From: Lingula anatina
Taxonomy: Eukaryota; Animalia; Brachiopoda
Assembly (NCBI GenBank): GCA_051362555.1
Contig: CM120643.1
Coordinates: 27,470,848-27,534,847, forward strand
Direction of reading: 5' to 3'
DNA length: 64,000 nucleotides
A program made the position numbers and the translations under genes. The notes below the pieces were generated by a model that was not told the origin of the DNA, searched no databases, and saw only the letters and a program-made list of their open reading frames with translations. Every line of letters starts with the position of its first letter. Within the stretch, counting starts at the first letter, position 1. Shown in pieces: positions 33,956 through 48,379 of this stretch.

Positions 33956-36900
33956 TTCCCTGACATACCACAGTAAGTGATTTACAGCTCCCTAAATAAC
34001 AAGTTCCTTGTTTACATAGCTTCCGTGTAGCTCCTGCTTCAGTTATTATAAGCCTCCGCACCAAGAGATATTACCTGAATGATCTAAGCTAGGAGGTAGC
34101 TATATCCTTTAATTATTAACCCCAAGATGGTTGCCATGGTATTTGGATAGCGAGATATACATAATCGTGATGGTAATGTTCTTGTGTAATATACATGTAT
34201 ATGTATAATTAAGTTTGAAAGGTCTCAGCCATCTCTTTATAAGATAACTTAAACTGAAATTCTTGCCCTGTCCTCTTTTTATAGAGTTATAAAAGGGAAT
34301 GAAAATAAATGTTACACTGGATTGAAGTAAAGAATTGCTGTATTTTCTGAGCCATGTATTTATTGTTAGTTCTGTGAGATGTTGAGAAAAGATTGGGCAG
34401 AATTTTATTTAATGCAAAACATGAGGAAAAATGTCTTATCTCTTTCTTCTTATAACAAAGGCCCAAAATTTAATTGGAATGGCTTCACTTGTGGTTTAAA
34501 ATATGTTAAAATAAATAAGAAATTAGGCTCAACTTTGGATCTTGAGTTATTTTGAGAAAATTGCCCAGTGTATGTGTGGAAGGGGGGGGGGGGGGGGGGG
34601 GGCTCTTGTCTCTCTGCCTGTTCAGTTAGTCCTACCTGTGTTGATGTGTTGACACTGAAGTGGGAGGGAGGGGGAGACGCATTCCAAGACAGCAATTACA
34701 CACCATACCCCAGGCCACTTACTACTATATTATTGAGGTGGAGAGTGAAAATACCTCTATCTGCATAAATCTCAGATTGTTATTGAGATAAGAGAGACGC
34801 TTTAAAGCAAATGTTTTAGAATAATTGAGGGAAGTGTAAGAGATATGCAGAATTAGATGGGGGAGAAATAAGAAATTTTGTATATATTTATATAGCTGTG
34901 TCACAGTTCTGAGAGATGATCTTCTCCTCTTAATCTATGATAAATTAAGTTAAGAGAATACAGTACATCTATTTTCTTTAGAAATAGCAGTCTTTGAGTT
35001 AATACCAGTAATAGGATATTATATTTATCTGTCAGGTCAGATGATGAGCTGATTAAAGATGGTATGTTATGATGTTATCATGAAAAGGATGGGTTGAAAT
35101 TATTGATAATTATAATATTATTCCAGTCAGGGAGGATTTTACACCTTTCTTACCAGTCCGTTTGTTGTTGATTTTCAAGAAAGCCAGGTAGCTATTGTTT
35201 GTTAAAAAGTGGACAAATGCTGCCTTAGACCACTTTTGTACTTTATTACCAAAAATCACTAGAAATTTTTCCTTGTATTTTGTTGATGTTGAGGAAAAGT
35301 TTTCTTTCATTAAGTTGTGGCATTTAAAAAATGAAGTTTAAATGCCACATTGGTTTCTTTCACATTTCTTAGCCATACTGAAATATTGACTGAGACTATT
35401 TCACCCAGGTTTCTGGTGTACATGAAACATTTCTTTATAAAACAGCTACAGCATATCAGCCTCTCACAAATGCTGGTGGAATTTTTATTTTGCTTTTTCC
35501 AAATGACCCATTGCATCTCTCTCCATCTTCATTTCACCAAAATTGGGCTCAGCTCAGAAATGGCATCTGTCAAAAATCATTCTGGAATTTTCATGGTGTC
35601 ATGATAATGAAGTGACCTCTAATGGATCTGTCATCTGTTGGATAACTAGAAACATACTTCAGTTGTCAAGTGTCATTGGTGTGTGAAAGGACTGTACTGC
35701 CTTTTTCTTTTGAAATTTTGACATATTTTCAGGCCTTTCCTTGGATTGCAAGTAAAATTTGCCAGAATGACGTATTGCTGTACTAGTAAATTATTCCTTT
35801 CACCCACAGGAAATAATCACATTTCCAAAATTTGTAAAAAGATTATTTTTGAGACATGAATATAACCTCACATCATGGTCCTGCGCAATTATCTCTCAGG
35901 ATGCATTGGAATTCTAATGTTTCCAATATCCAAGTCACCATTGAGGGTATTCTATCTAGCTATCAGTGGTGTTTTGTTTGTCTGTGTGTTAGGTATGTAG
36001 TGTTTAACTTTGTCTGGGACCCAGCATTATCAGACTGCAGGGATGTCTTGTAGGTGATGTGGGCACAAAATATTCAGGTGTTTGGTAGACATTTTGAGAT
36101 TTGTTTTGAACTGATCAACGTGGTTAACAAATAAGTGCATTGCAATTAACTTAGTGGACCTTCAGCAAGTCCATCAGTTGCTCATCTTTTTACAGTCAGC
36201 TGTTTATTGTAATCATGCTGGTGGATCCTCAGCATGCCATCCTATCAATCATTTCATTTCATTCACTCATTCCCAAGTAGCGGAAAGGTTGGAAATATTT
36301 ATTTTCATATAAAATTCATTCATAAAGAGATGAAAGAGTGCTTTGTTTCTATTTAAATAATCGTTGGCCATATAACAAACATTATTGATTGTTTGTCAAA
36401 GTGACAAGTTAATTCCGCAGATATGAGAGCTCACCCTACGTAGAGAAGTTGTAAGTAAAGTAGTGTTGGCTGTTGTATTGTGTAATAGTTTCTTCAGTAG
36501 TTAGTTGGCCAAGCATAAGCTAATTTATTGAATACTTGGGTGTGGTAAATATACTGCTTAGGCAAAGGTTAAAATATGTTACATAAAGTTACATAATGTT
36601 TCACCTGAACCTGTTCCATAAGGCACATCTTGTTCACATTGTTTCATTTTCTCATACATGAATGCAGATGGAGGAAAAAATCTCCCTCTTCAGCAGAGAG
36701 AGAGGGAGTTTCCACAAGTGTATTTCTTTTATAAAGCTGAATTGTTGTTGTGTCTGCAACTGTCAGTTTGTATATAAAATAATTACATATAAGTATACAG
36801 TACATTTTGATTATGATGTAGCCTATGGGTTTCTATTTGACAGATATATATATATATATATACCCAAAGGGCAGAAAACGGCTGTTACACATTTCTGTTT

Positions 36901-38575
36901 TGAAAATAAATCATTTTAAACGGTTTGTTTGCACTTCAGTGAAAAGATTGTTTGCATTCTTTTTCATTGTAATGGTTTGATTATAGGGTGTGGGATTCTG
37001 ACTTGAGTAAAAGTGAGGCAGGTTTTTTTTTTTTTTTTTTTTAAAGATGGGTATCGCTGGTTTGAAGTATTATCATAAAGCCTATTTGACAGATTTAGAG
37101 AGGTGCTTTTCATGCTTTGTTTGTCTTGTGAAGTTGATAAATGTGGAGAAGATGAAAACCGGATTTCTAGTGATATTTTAAGATAATTGGCTTTACTGGG
37201 CTTGCGAAAAGAGTTGTATTTTTATTTTTCTAGTACTATGTATATTAAGGCTTGATTTGAAGGAGGGAATAGGCAAATGAATCCTTTGTGGCATCAACTT
37301 AAGATTTAAAGTACAGTCATTCTTAGGATATTTATTTAAATATACAACAAATTAGAACTAAGAGAGACTATAGAAACACTAGTGTATCATGCACATTTGA
37401 TAATATTAAATAAAGATATATATATATATATATATACATACTCTACAAAGGATATTAAACATGGCAAGAAATGAATTGTTTCAAAGAGACTAAAAATAGT
37501 TAATACCGATACAATTCTCATATTTTAGAATTTGTGCATTTGGTTACTGGTAAGAGATGAGTGGTTCTGCAGACTTGGTAAAAATCCTGAGATTATAGGT
37601 CTGTTTTGCTTTATGAGCACCAAGTATGCAGTTTTCATATTTCCCAAAGGTTACCAGCCAATATGACGGGTAAACAGGCATGGATTCTACATTTTTTGTT
37701 TTGTAAGCTTACCGTATATGATGAGCAAGGATGGAGGAGGCAGTTATGGATCAGTCTCTTACAAATTTTATCAACTTTTTTGTCAATATGAGACAGAGAG
37801 AGAGAGATTTTTGTTGTCTTTAATTTGCTGCTCCAAAACGATGTCTATTCTTCTGACGTTATCATATACAGTAGATTTAACCTTTAATTTTATTTACTCG
37901 AATCATCTTAAGAATTTGGTAATATGTTGGCACAAGCTAGGACCCTAAGGACTCTTAGGAGTTCATCCATATTCTTTTATTTCAAACATTTTTTCTTCTT
38001 AGCCCTGCCCAAAGCAATAAGGCATTTACTAGTATAACACACTGAAGTCATAATTTAGGCTTGGATCAGATTTCAGACAAAAATGTGTTTTCTCCCATAT
38101 GTGTTACCTTATCAGTAGGGTCATCTTTTGGTCATCATTGGTCAGTCTGATATGATTATAGTGCTTAAATTTACAGTCTTTCATCTAAATATAAATACCT
38201 CAATTCAGAGATGATTTGATTATGAAAAAAAAACATTGTGGAATTTTTCTTTTCCGCTCGCTAGGTTGAATTTGGAGTATAGGCTTATGAACTATAGGGA
38301 ATAACATGAGCATTTCATAGGGTAGTTTTATGTTTGGTGCTTTTGTTTTCAGTTCTCTCGTTATTTCAAATCAGATATTATTTGTTTAACACCCCACCTT
38401 CAATAATAATCTTCACTTTGACTCTTGATTTTGCCACACAGAATAATTTTTGAACATAGCAAATAATTTTTAATCTACAATTTCTATTTCCCTCATTTTA
38501 ACAATGTGTGCAATTTATAAATCTTGTTTTTTACATGGCCTGTCACTGTACATCTTACTTACTGTGAAAGATTAA

Positions 38576-41043
38576 AGGACAATGTTCATGTAAAAATCCA
38601 TTTCTCGAATTTTGAAGATACAGCACTCAATCTATACACTAGAGGTATGTTTTAATCGATCCCCGCCATTTAAAAATTATAAAAACAATCTATTAGTAGA
38701 AAAAAAAGCGTTTTAGTAAACCTCACCTCAATATGCAAAAATGAAGCAACAGATCTGGGTCACGTGGTACTGTGACGACAATCACGATAAAGGTCTGTGA
38801 GACCCTGAGCTGCATGTTGCATACAGACGGAGAAGTTAAGGAAAGTTGTGTAGAACGGAGTTGAGGAATTTTCGTTATGCCTCGGTGTGTTGCCGTGGGA
38901 TTCAGCAAAATTGCAGCTCTCGTTGACAATCTTTCTTTGTCTGTGACGGTCTTCCGTGACTTACTTACTAACTTCGGTGACAATAGTTGCGATGCTCTAG
39001 ATCATGGTCACCTCAGGTGGTTTAGATCATATCAAGAGCTGGTAGTCTTTCAGATTAACTGTCATCAGTTGGCAAACTTACTGATTGCTGATGCATTTTA
39101 AATGCATTGTAGTTGACCAAAAGCTCGTTTACAACAAACCTGTTAATTATGCACAGCTGCAATTCCCAAGCCAGGTAATAACAGGTATGAAACTCGTCTT
39201 GGTGGGCTTTCATATTTTTCAATATATCTCATTTATTTCATGGGGTTATTTTATTGGTATTTGTAAATGACGTTAAATATCAATACTTAAACAATTAAGT
39301 TCAAACACGGTCGCGAACATTAATAAAAGAAGTTGCTCTCAGGGTATCTTGAAGCTTCCGTGGAAGAAAACGTGTTGAGGAAAAACAGGAAAAAGAGCGT
39401 TATATTAAAAATGGGAACTGCTATAATAAAATGGTTCGTTATCCTAATTCGTTTATGCTTTGAGGATTTGTTTCTGAAGATTATTTCATCTGAAATATTA
39501 AATAATTTAAAAGATTGATCATTTTATAACTTGAAACGCAAATTCTGCGTCAGTACGCAATTTTTTTTTTTTTGCAAATTTGTAAGCTTATAACACCGTG
39601 CTATTATAAAGATCTACTCAAGAAAAAAATTTGCTTGGGTAAAATTGAGTACGGAATGAACTGGAGACACTTGGCTTGTCATTAAGTTTACACGAAAATA
39701 TGTCAGGTAACTTTATACTGTCTTTGGAAGAGTAAAGATTGAAAGATAATTTTAAACAAACTTTGACGGGGGAAATACCTACAAAGAGTAATGGGCTATT
39801 TCGCCAACATCATGTTGAAAATTTTACACTGCAATTCTATTCAAATAAGCTAAGGAACTAATTGCCAAATTAATACTCTCATCACATAGTAGGGGGGTAA
39901 CCAGACCTGCAAAAATTGTACGCACATATTTAAAAAGATTACAAGCACATACAGCAAAATGTAGACTTACGCAAAACATGAAGGACAGCGTACCGTAATC
40001 ACAGCAAATGTACCTCATATAGTAGCTTAATTTCCATTAATAATAAAATCATCATTTAAGTCAAAAATATTCTTGCGATTTAATAACTATTTTAATTTAC
40101 CCAGAACGGTATATTTATTTTAAAGGCGGTTAACTGAAATATAGTTTTATGATTTGTTTGTGAAAATTGCCCATGTCACCCTGTTAGTTTGGAGGTCTAA
40201 GCTGGATCAAGTCCGTGTTAAAATTCCTATGAAGTTGTGCAGCAAAAATTCTTCCTTTCTTTCTCTAGCTCCTCGATAAACCTGGTGTTCAGATTTTATC
40301 TAGTACCCACAGGTCTACGGGAGCTGCGCTTTGTAACTAACGCACAGGTAGATTTTTACCTGAGATAACTGGAGTAAAGCTTAGATAGAGAGTGCGTTCG
40401 ATACAAGCAAGACAAATTGAATGCCATTTAACCCTCTAATTAAGAGGTAAAGGAAGTTCCAGTTAGATGGATGATTAAGATAGGACTTGTCAAGGTAACG
40501 GGCATTGTTTACCTCAGTTTAATAAAAGCATGCAAGACGGAGTGTCAGCGGTTTAATAAAATAAATTGAATTTCACAAATAACATGGACCTCATATGCAA
40601 TAATCAACATTTCCCTTAACTCATTCAAATGCAGTGTTTTATACAACTTGGGATAACCATAATGAAATGCTTGTTAAAGAAATGACTAGACGGGAAATGG
40701 TTTTACACAGCTTCACGAGGATTTAGACCCCTCGGGTAAGAGATTTGAATGAGTATAAACTTTTATCAGAAGCCAGATAGAGAAGTCATCTTACAGGTAG
40801 ACAATGCAGCTCAGTTTGACAGCTAAGCACGCTCTGTTCTCCAGTGGCTCGATTGTCGTCATTGGACCACGTGACCACGTAGCTCATTAACTCCCAGGCC
40901 GAGCAAATAGGACGTTTTTTAAAGCCAAAAATTTACAAAATGAGCTTTTAATTTGTGTATTTGGATTAAGATATCGTTAGTTGGGCATGTTTTCTGAAGA
41001 ATATGTTCCGTTCAGGCCATTCTGACGGCATGAAGCAAACCCT
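38576..41043. mobile_element. Kolobok-like element (family A); right end tentative
   Basis: TTAA|AGGACAATGTTCATG left end homologous to 2755-2916; candidate right end CATGAAGCAAACCCT|TTAA. Confidence 0.5.
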
Positions 41044-41528
41044 TTAACAGAATTCTTGAATTAAGGTCAATTAATATTCACTGTAACATACAACTATGAT
41101 AATAATTGTTTTATTAATTTTTCTTTTATATGTATTTTATTTGTTAGGCCTAAGCCAATTTAAAGTGTCAATTAAGCAAAATGATTGAATATTGATCAAT
41201 AAATTAAAATGCCGGTCTCTCCAAACAAGAGCTATAATTTTATATGTGAGATAAACCTTGGTTGGCACTTCAACCTTCATCTGGTCACATTCCACTTGGA
41301 AAGATAGGAAATAGTTTCTTCATACGTCAAAAAATGACCTGGTTAACCTAACTGTGGTCTATATTTGAACACAAAGGAAATCCGAAAGGTTTAATTCTGA
41401 GATTTGATACCACAGAAGACCATAGTAGAGGTTCCTGCCCCTGATACTACAAACCAGGCCAGGAGGCCAAGAAACAGCTTGAATACAGTCAAACTTTTTA
41501 AGCCAAGAAGGCCTTTAGGACACCTTAA

Positions 41529-41879
41529 CAGACATGCTGAAAACTTTTCAAAATGGTCGGACATTTGGACCAGCAGTAATGAAAAAATTTGCCGGACCAT
41601 ATTGATTTTTGTCGGACCAATAATCACCCTATTCGATTGAGACAGATACTACCTGTATGATTAGGTAGCTTACTTTGTTTGTGAATGGGATAGGTTTGAA
41701 ATGGAAGGAAAAAACGCTTTGGGTTTTCTATAATTTCATTAGTGAATTATGTCGAATGATGACTGTAAATTCAAAATTTGGTTCTTAAAACTCTTGTCGG
41801 TCCTTTGGTCCAATTTTCTACCGGTCCAGACAAATTTTCCCGGTCATGACCAATCGGACCGACAGTTTCAGCATGTCTG
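41529..41879. mobile_element. hAT-like MITE
   Basis: 14-bp TIR CAGACATGCTGAAA and TTTCAGCATGTCTG; ccttaa on both flanks; cggacc/ggtccg subterminal motifs. Confidence 0.75.
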
Positions 41880-43680
41880 CCTTAACTGTTCCATAGCAGA
41901 CAAAAAGGACTAGACATTAAAGAAACGATTAGCCTGACTGTGACATCAGTTTTACTGGTACTGGGTGTTGGTCCAGTGTTAGCAACAGAGAGTGAAAGTT
42001 AGCTTTAATAATGAAAAGAAAGACAGTTTTCATCACTTTAGTCTGGGAATAGATCAAAATAGTCTACTCATATGATGACAATGTTCCTGTATCACAAAAA
42101 AAACAAAACAAGAAGGGATATTGTTTCAGATCAATGGTTTCTTTATTATACCATATGTATTAAACAGAATACCATTTCTCTTTCATTTCTACTAGAAATT
42201 TAACCATGCATTGATCATCAGCAGATTTCTCTACCCATCCATAGAGAGACTAAATTAAATTCTTCATTAATGATGACTAATTTAGGTGATGATTCACTAA
42301 AGTAAAGAATAACTTTCCAGTGATTAGTATTTAATCTATTATAATATTGGCAGTGGGTTACTATAACAGTACCTGAGTCAGTAGTCAATGGACTACTAAG
42401 ACTATATCAAGTAGCTGAGTCATTACTCTCTAGTGTTGTCCTACATAGCTGTTGCAGTGGTCATTTAGTGGACTACTGCGACTGGATCAGGTTACTGAGT
42501 CAGTAATCAATTGGAGTGTTATATATTTGTAGTGGTAGACATTTAGTAACTAGACTATTATGACTAGATCAACTTGCTGAGTCCATTGGCACTTGTTTAG
42601 TCTGCAGGGTAGTAAGCATATGAAGACGAGCGTTATATTTATGTGATACCTAAAATGTCTCCATTGGCAGTGAATACCAAGTGTATTAATTTATGTCATT
42701 AATCCACCCTCTTCCTTTCAAATAAAAAAAAATATACTAATTAAATTGATTGCTAGAAGTGATATTCATTGCTATGTATTTTTCTGAAAACTGAACAGTC
42801 AAAATGACAATTTTTTGGTCTTCAATTAATGGTCTGAAAATCATCCAATCCGTTTCCTGTTTGATGTTAATGAAGCTGATAATGTCACTGCAATGACAAG
42901 AGGAGATAGAAGAATATAGATGACGATACAGTCAGACAGATAAACATCGACATTCTGTGGTCTGCACAACGGTTATTGGCCGTACAGTATAATTCCTGCC
43001 TGCTGATTCACTAGCTAGTGGTTTTATTGTACTACAGGGTGATTGAGGTTTGGTGTAGTTTCTGTCAGGTTGAAAACCAAACAAAAGAAATGTGCTTGTT
43101 GTGGCATATTTTTGGGAGAAGGTCACTTATTAAAATGGCTGCACAGTCATACTGGGTAATTTTTGACAGACATCTTATCTCTTACCTTTGGTGGAAAAAA
43201 ACAGGATCTGATATTTACTGAGGTCTTTAAAATCTCTTTGTCATTAGTTTCTGTATCTCTTTGTCATTAGTCACATATATTTATTTGATTTATTCATATT
43301 GCAGCATCCCCTCCAACACACACTTTCACAGAGAGATAGAGGTTTACACATTGGAACATATGACAAATGATATTTCTATATTCTTTTTCTGGTAAATATA
43401 AAGACTATATTGAAAAAAGTTAAGGGGAAGGGGGGCACAGTTCCAAGTTCTTTGACTGTTATTTACTTATGAACCATATACACATGTACTAGTATAATAG
43501 TGAGAGTATCAGATTTGTTATTTCCTTGAGACAAACCCTGAAGAAAAAAATTGTTAATTATGACCAGAAAACAAACTGCAGCGTATTGCAAAGATTTCTC
43601 TAGGGACTGATGAACTGATGAGTCATGGAGCAGGTCATTTCTCTGGAGGTACCGCTGCCTAACTCACTGATATGTCTCTG

Positions 43681-43880
43681 GGTGCATTCCCATAGATTTT
43701 AGATCGATCTATCCCCGTGGGGAGTCTCACTAGATTACTGTCGGATAATCTGGCTTAAATGTCCGTCCTGCCTACTACAAGCTTTAAGGGGGTAATTAAC
43801 TTTTGTGCCCACTATTCAGCGTGAACCCCCAGGGAGTTAGGTCGATCTAGTTGGATCGATCTAATCTCTGGGAATGGAGT
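43681..43880. mobile_element. Degenerate Harbinger-like MITE
   Basis: cattcccatagattttagatcgatc and gatcgatctaatctctgggaatg inverted repeats. Confidence 0.45.
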
Positions 43881-46800
43881 CTCTGTGTGTGTGTGTGGAG
43901 GTGTATATATACTCCTAGCAGTATTTAAGACCTCACCTGCTCAGTGGCCAGAAGACCTTGTCAGATGTGGTGTCCTAGTTTTACAGATCTGCCACAAAAT
44001 GAAAATAAAAAAGCAGCAATGATAAGGGATGTGGCTTTTCTACCAGGTGCACCAGTTCTGCTAGCTCTTGATAAACAATAGGTACATGAAAATATTAAGG
44101 CATGGGAAGGAAGACTGATAGACAGACAGACAGACAGAACTTGTTCTACAAAAATTGTCTACCAGACTTCTTCTTCTTATATTTATAATAATTATTATCA
44201 TTGCAAGGTTATTTTGTAGGTGTTTCATAAAAAATTGTGTTCCCTTTCTCCCAGATCTACCTTTGCCTGCCAATTACTTCATTTCACACTACTCTATCAG
44301 CCTCTCTCCTCACAGCTGAGGTAGACCACACTCCTGTGACTCATATCTTGTTTTCTTATAAACCTTCCACTAAGGTGATCTATCTTCCCTTTCTTTGTGT
44401 TATGTAAGCTGTTTTTCCCCTATTACAACCTGTTTATTCTGTTACATGTGGTGTGTTACCTGACTCCGCTGGAAGCTTGTATCTCTGTGTACCTATGTCA
44501 CTGGTAATATTGTGGTTTGCTACTGTGGAATTACACAACTTGACAGATTAAAAAAAATTCCAACACGTTTCTGGTTTTTTATGAATATGACATAGCTAAT
44601 AATTTAACTTTTTCGCTTTTTTATTGGGACCTGTGCTGGTGGAATAGGTTAGGGGACCTGAAAAGGCTGCCGGATTTTAGTTTTTTGCCTTGTATTTGAG
44701 CGTGATACTCATGGAGTAGTTTAGGGGTCCTGACAATGCCGCCAGGTGCTGTGGTTTGGGGTTGATCGCTCTTTATGTCTGACATTGGTCACAGTTTTCC
44801 TGCCGTTCCCAGTCAGCTCACAGGGAAAAATCTGTGTAGTGCTACATATTATGCTAACCAGTATGTACACAAATTGAACATATAGAAGTATTTTGATGAG
44901 AATATTTGCTATAGAATGATCAGATGACCAGCCTGTTGAATTACATTTTTTTTTTTTCATCGGCTATGAATATTCCTGTCATAACATATCTTATCCAAAT
45001 TTAGTCTGGGGTACCTACTAGGAGCTTCATGTTCTCATCTTTAAGAACACATTACTGGAGATATAAGAAAAGACTTCATCTAAGTTGTCTGTCAATCAAC
45101 CAAGTGTTCCAACATGTTTCCCTCAAGTGATCATCAATTTCCGATGCAGGAATTTGTGAAAGACATTCCATGTGTTTGAAGAGTCCATTAACTCCTTGTA
45201 CTCTCTCGCCTCTCTCTCTCTCTCTCTTCACCCAGACCACACACTTCTCTTATCAAATTTATTGGCTGGTTGACCAGATGTGAAACAGTTTAGTGATTAT
45301 TGTGTGGGAGAGTTTACCTGTGATAGAATTTCAAAGGATTTCCTGTCCTTAGGTTTGTATGAGGGCCGTAGGAACATGAAGGGGAAGTGTGGTCCAGCAG
45401 TGCCTGTGAGGTCCCCCTTCCCTTGCTTTAAGGTCATCCCTGCATCATTTTTGCGAACCCAATCATAGATGTTCAAAAAAAAAAAAAAAAAAAAAAAACT
45501 TGAAACCTTGTGGCCTTTTCAGGACCCCTTTCAAATCATTGAATGGTTTTGTGAATATGAGCATATATTTTATCATGATCATAACGCTTGGCAAAGTTTT
45601 TAAATTTAAATTTATTTACTTTTATATAAGTAGGCTTGTTTTACGAATAAACTAGAGATAATAGATTTTATGGACAAGATGATTTTTACATTGAAATATA
45701 TGTCAAAGTAATAAATCTTTGCTTTGAAGATATATATGATATTTCCTACATGTATGGGAAATTGGTTTAGAATTTATTTTATTTTCATATATCACTGACA
45801 AGGTGCACCCCTTTGAAATTTACATTCAAATTCCAAGTAATGATATTTGAAATTTTCAAATTTTGTATGAGGAGGGTTATGGAATATGAAAGATGTGCAG
45901 GCTTGGCAGCAATTAAATTAAATGAGAACATTTTCAAAACATATAACAGAGCCACGGGGGAAAAAGAATATAAGTGCGAAGAAGATTTTTCCAATATCAA
46001 ATCAAAATTGTAATAGATTGAAACATACTGGAAAAGGATGCAGGTGATTTAAAATTTGTAGAGTTCTCATTCAAGCTGCTACCAGAAGTAACAGGCCATG
46101 CTGGATTATTTATGGACCACCATCAGAATACAGAGATATTAGAACGGTTTATTAACACAAGTTGTGAAAATACTGCAGTCTAATGGTACACCAATGGAGT
46201 GTGTGCCTCTTCAGTCGCAGTCAGATCAGTTCTAACTTAAACCCTGTGTCAGAACTACAGCAAGCATGCTGGATTGTTATCAACTTGTGAAAGTACAACT
46301 GTATTCCAACTTATAGCTTTTTGTCTTTTATTTATGTCTCCAACAAAAAAAATATATATGATTTATTTGTCTTATTTATTTGCATTGGTAGAAAATGTAG
46401 TTGATGAAATAATAAAGAAAAATAATACATATGATATATACAAGTTTCAGGTAATTACCTCCTTACAGACTAGTTGCTTCTAATATCACAGAAAAAGAAC
46501 AGTTTTTTTTGTGTATCAGATAAGAGAAAAAGAGCACTTGGAATTGCTTTGAACTGGAAGAGAAGCACTTGAGTTTTTACCTTTCACAGGTGCAAAAACA
46601 AGGCATACAAAGTAGGCATACCGATAACCTGAACTTGAGATCCACTCTGGTGATGGAACTCCATTAAGATCTGACCAGTGGCTATTAAGCAGTCATTAAG
46701 CTTTTTCAGACCTGTCTTTGATGACCAGTGATGACCAGTTAAGCCTCTCAGCTGGTCAGTTACCATATCAGAGGTGTTAACCCACTGACCATTGGCTAAT

Positions 46801-48323
46801 AGAGGGTATAGCTGATGTTCTCTTAATAGATTCAGTATAAGAAGAAAAAAATGGTGTAAGTTGTAAGCTTTAGTGTACAGGCTGTGCAAAAATGAGACTA
46901 GTTTTACCTGCATTCCCTGCACATTGACTGAAGTCTTGGTGAAAGAGAATAAGACACATCATCAACTAGATAAAATTATAAGTCCATTAATAGATTTTAA
47001 AAACTTATTTTCAAAACTTTGTTAGTTTTGTTAGTAAAATTCTTTTTCTCTGTCTTTCTCTCTTTTAAAGTAGCAATGGTTGCAATTTACAAAGAATGAA
47101 ATAAATATAGCAACAATTTAAAGAATGTTTTCACTACATAACCAATCACCACACCTGTGTTATTCCTCCCACTAACGAGCCACTCATTAAGATGTAGAGA
47201 AGAGCTCAAGCAAAGATCCCTCTACCCAATAGCCGAGGATCTCAGCATGATAGAATAACCAAACATACCAGCTCACGTAATCCCTTGCTACTACACAAAG
47301 CACCTGCTCTTTGCCAATTATAGACCAATCAATATCACAGCCAATCCACTGGTCATTTCAGCCACTGTCTGGCCAGCTAGACCAATGGTCAAGGGGGTTT
47401 GGCTTAGGTGTTATTGAGAGGTAAATTCCTTGAGGATATCCACACTATGAAGGGAAGCAAATAGAAAATAAATGGAGGGGATTTTTCATTTGATTCTTAT
47501 TAATATATTCTTCTGTTAACTGATCTTTGTTTACCACTGTATATAAGAGATGTATGTCCATCTCTTCTCACATAGAGATGACAGAAAATTGAAAAGAAAC
47601 AATAAAGTTTTCATAAATAAAAACTGGCCTTTTTTTCACCTTTATAGAATTGTACATATTACCCTGTGGATATTATTGATAATAAAAAGTCTGACCCCAC
47701 ATAGAAAGAGACAATAAATAAAAAATACAAATAATTAAGATACTGTAAATGAAATTTTAAATAATGAAAAATCATGATTCTAGATTAAAAAAAAAAAATT
47801 TTACATTATAAGTTTCTAATCATCTTACCAAAATTAAATACCAAATCGTCTGACTTCACTGTTCTGTACATTATCAGCTAGAAGGTCATTTTTTCATTGC
47901 ACATTCTATTAAATTATTTAGTAGATGTAAAGGGCAGTGAAGAGAGAGATGTGGACCTACAGTATATTTATTCCTGTCTGGAAGCCCACATTAATCAGTA
48001 AGCTCAGTAGCTTGCCAGAGGCCAGGGTCAGGTAGAGATTGTCACCTGGACTTCAGGTGTGATGAAGATTTGTTTAAATAATATGTTGTGTTTATTGCTG
48101 GTATTATTTGAGGTTATGGAGTGGGTCGGAGTATATTTGATGGAGTGTGGTCATGATCTTGATTGTGTTGCTTTAATGGCTGTTTATGACAAATGATTTT
48201 GTGTTGATAAATCCTCCAAGCAAATGTTTTGATGAGAGGAGATCTCCCCCCCCCCCCCCCACTCATGTAATTCTGATATCTGTGTACCTGAGAGAGCACA
48301 CATTAATAGAAGCAGCATAAATG

Positions 48324-48379
<56 letters not shown>

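Noticed and set aside
42360-42595. Degenerate ctgagtca/gactac repeats as an AP-1 site cluster
   Set aside because: Explained by a decayed short tandem duplication; no independent support
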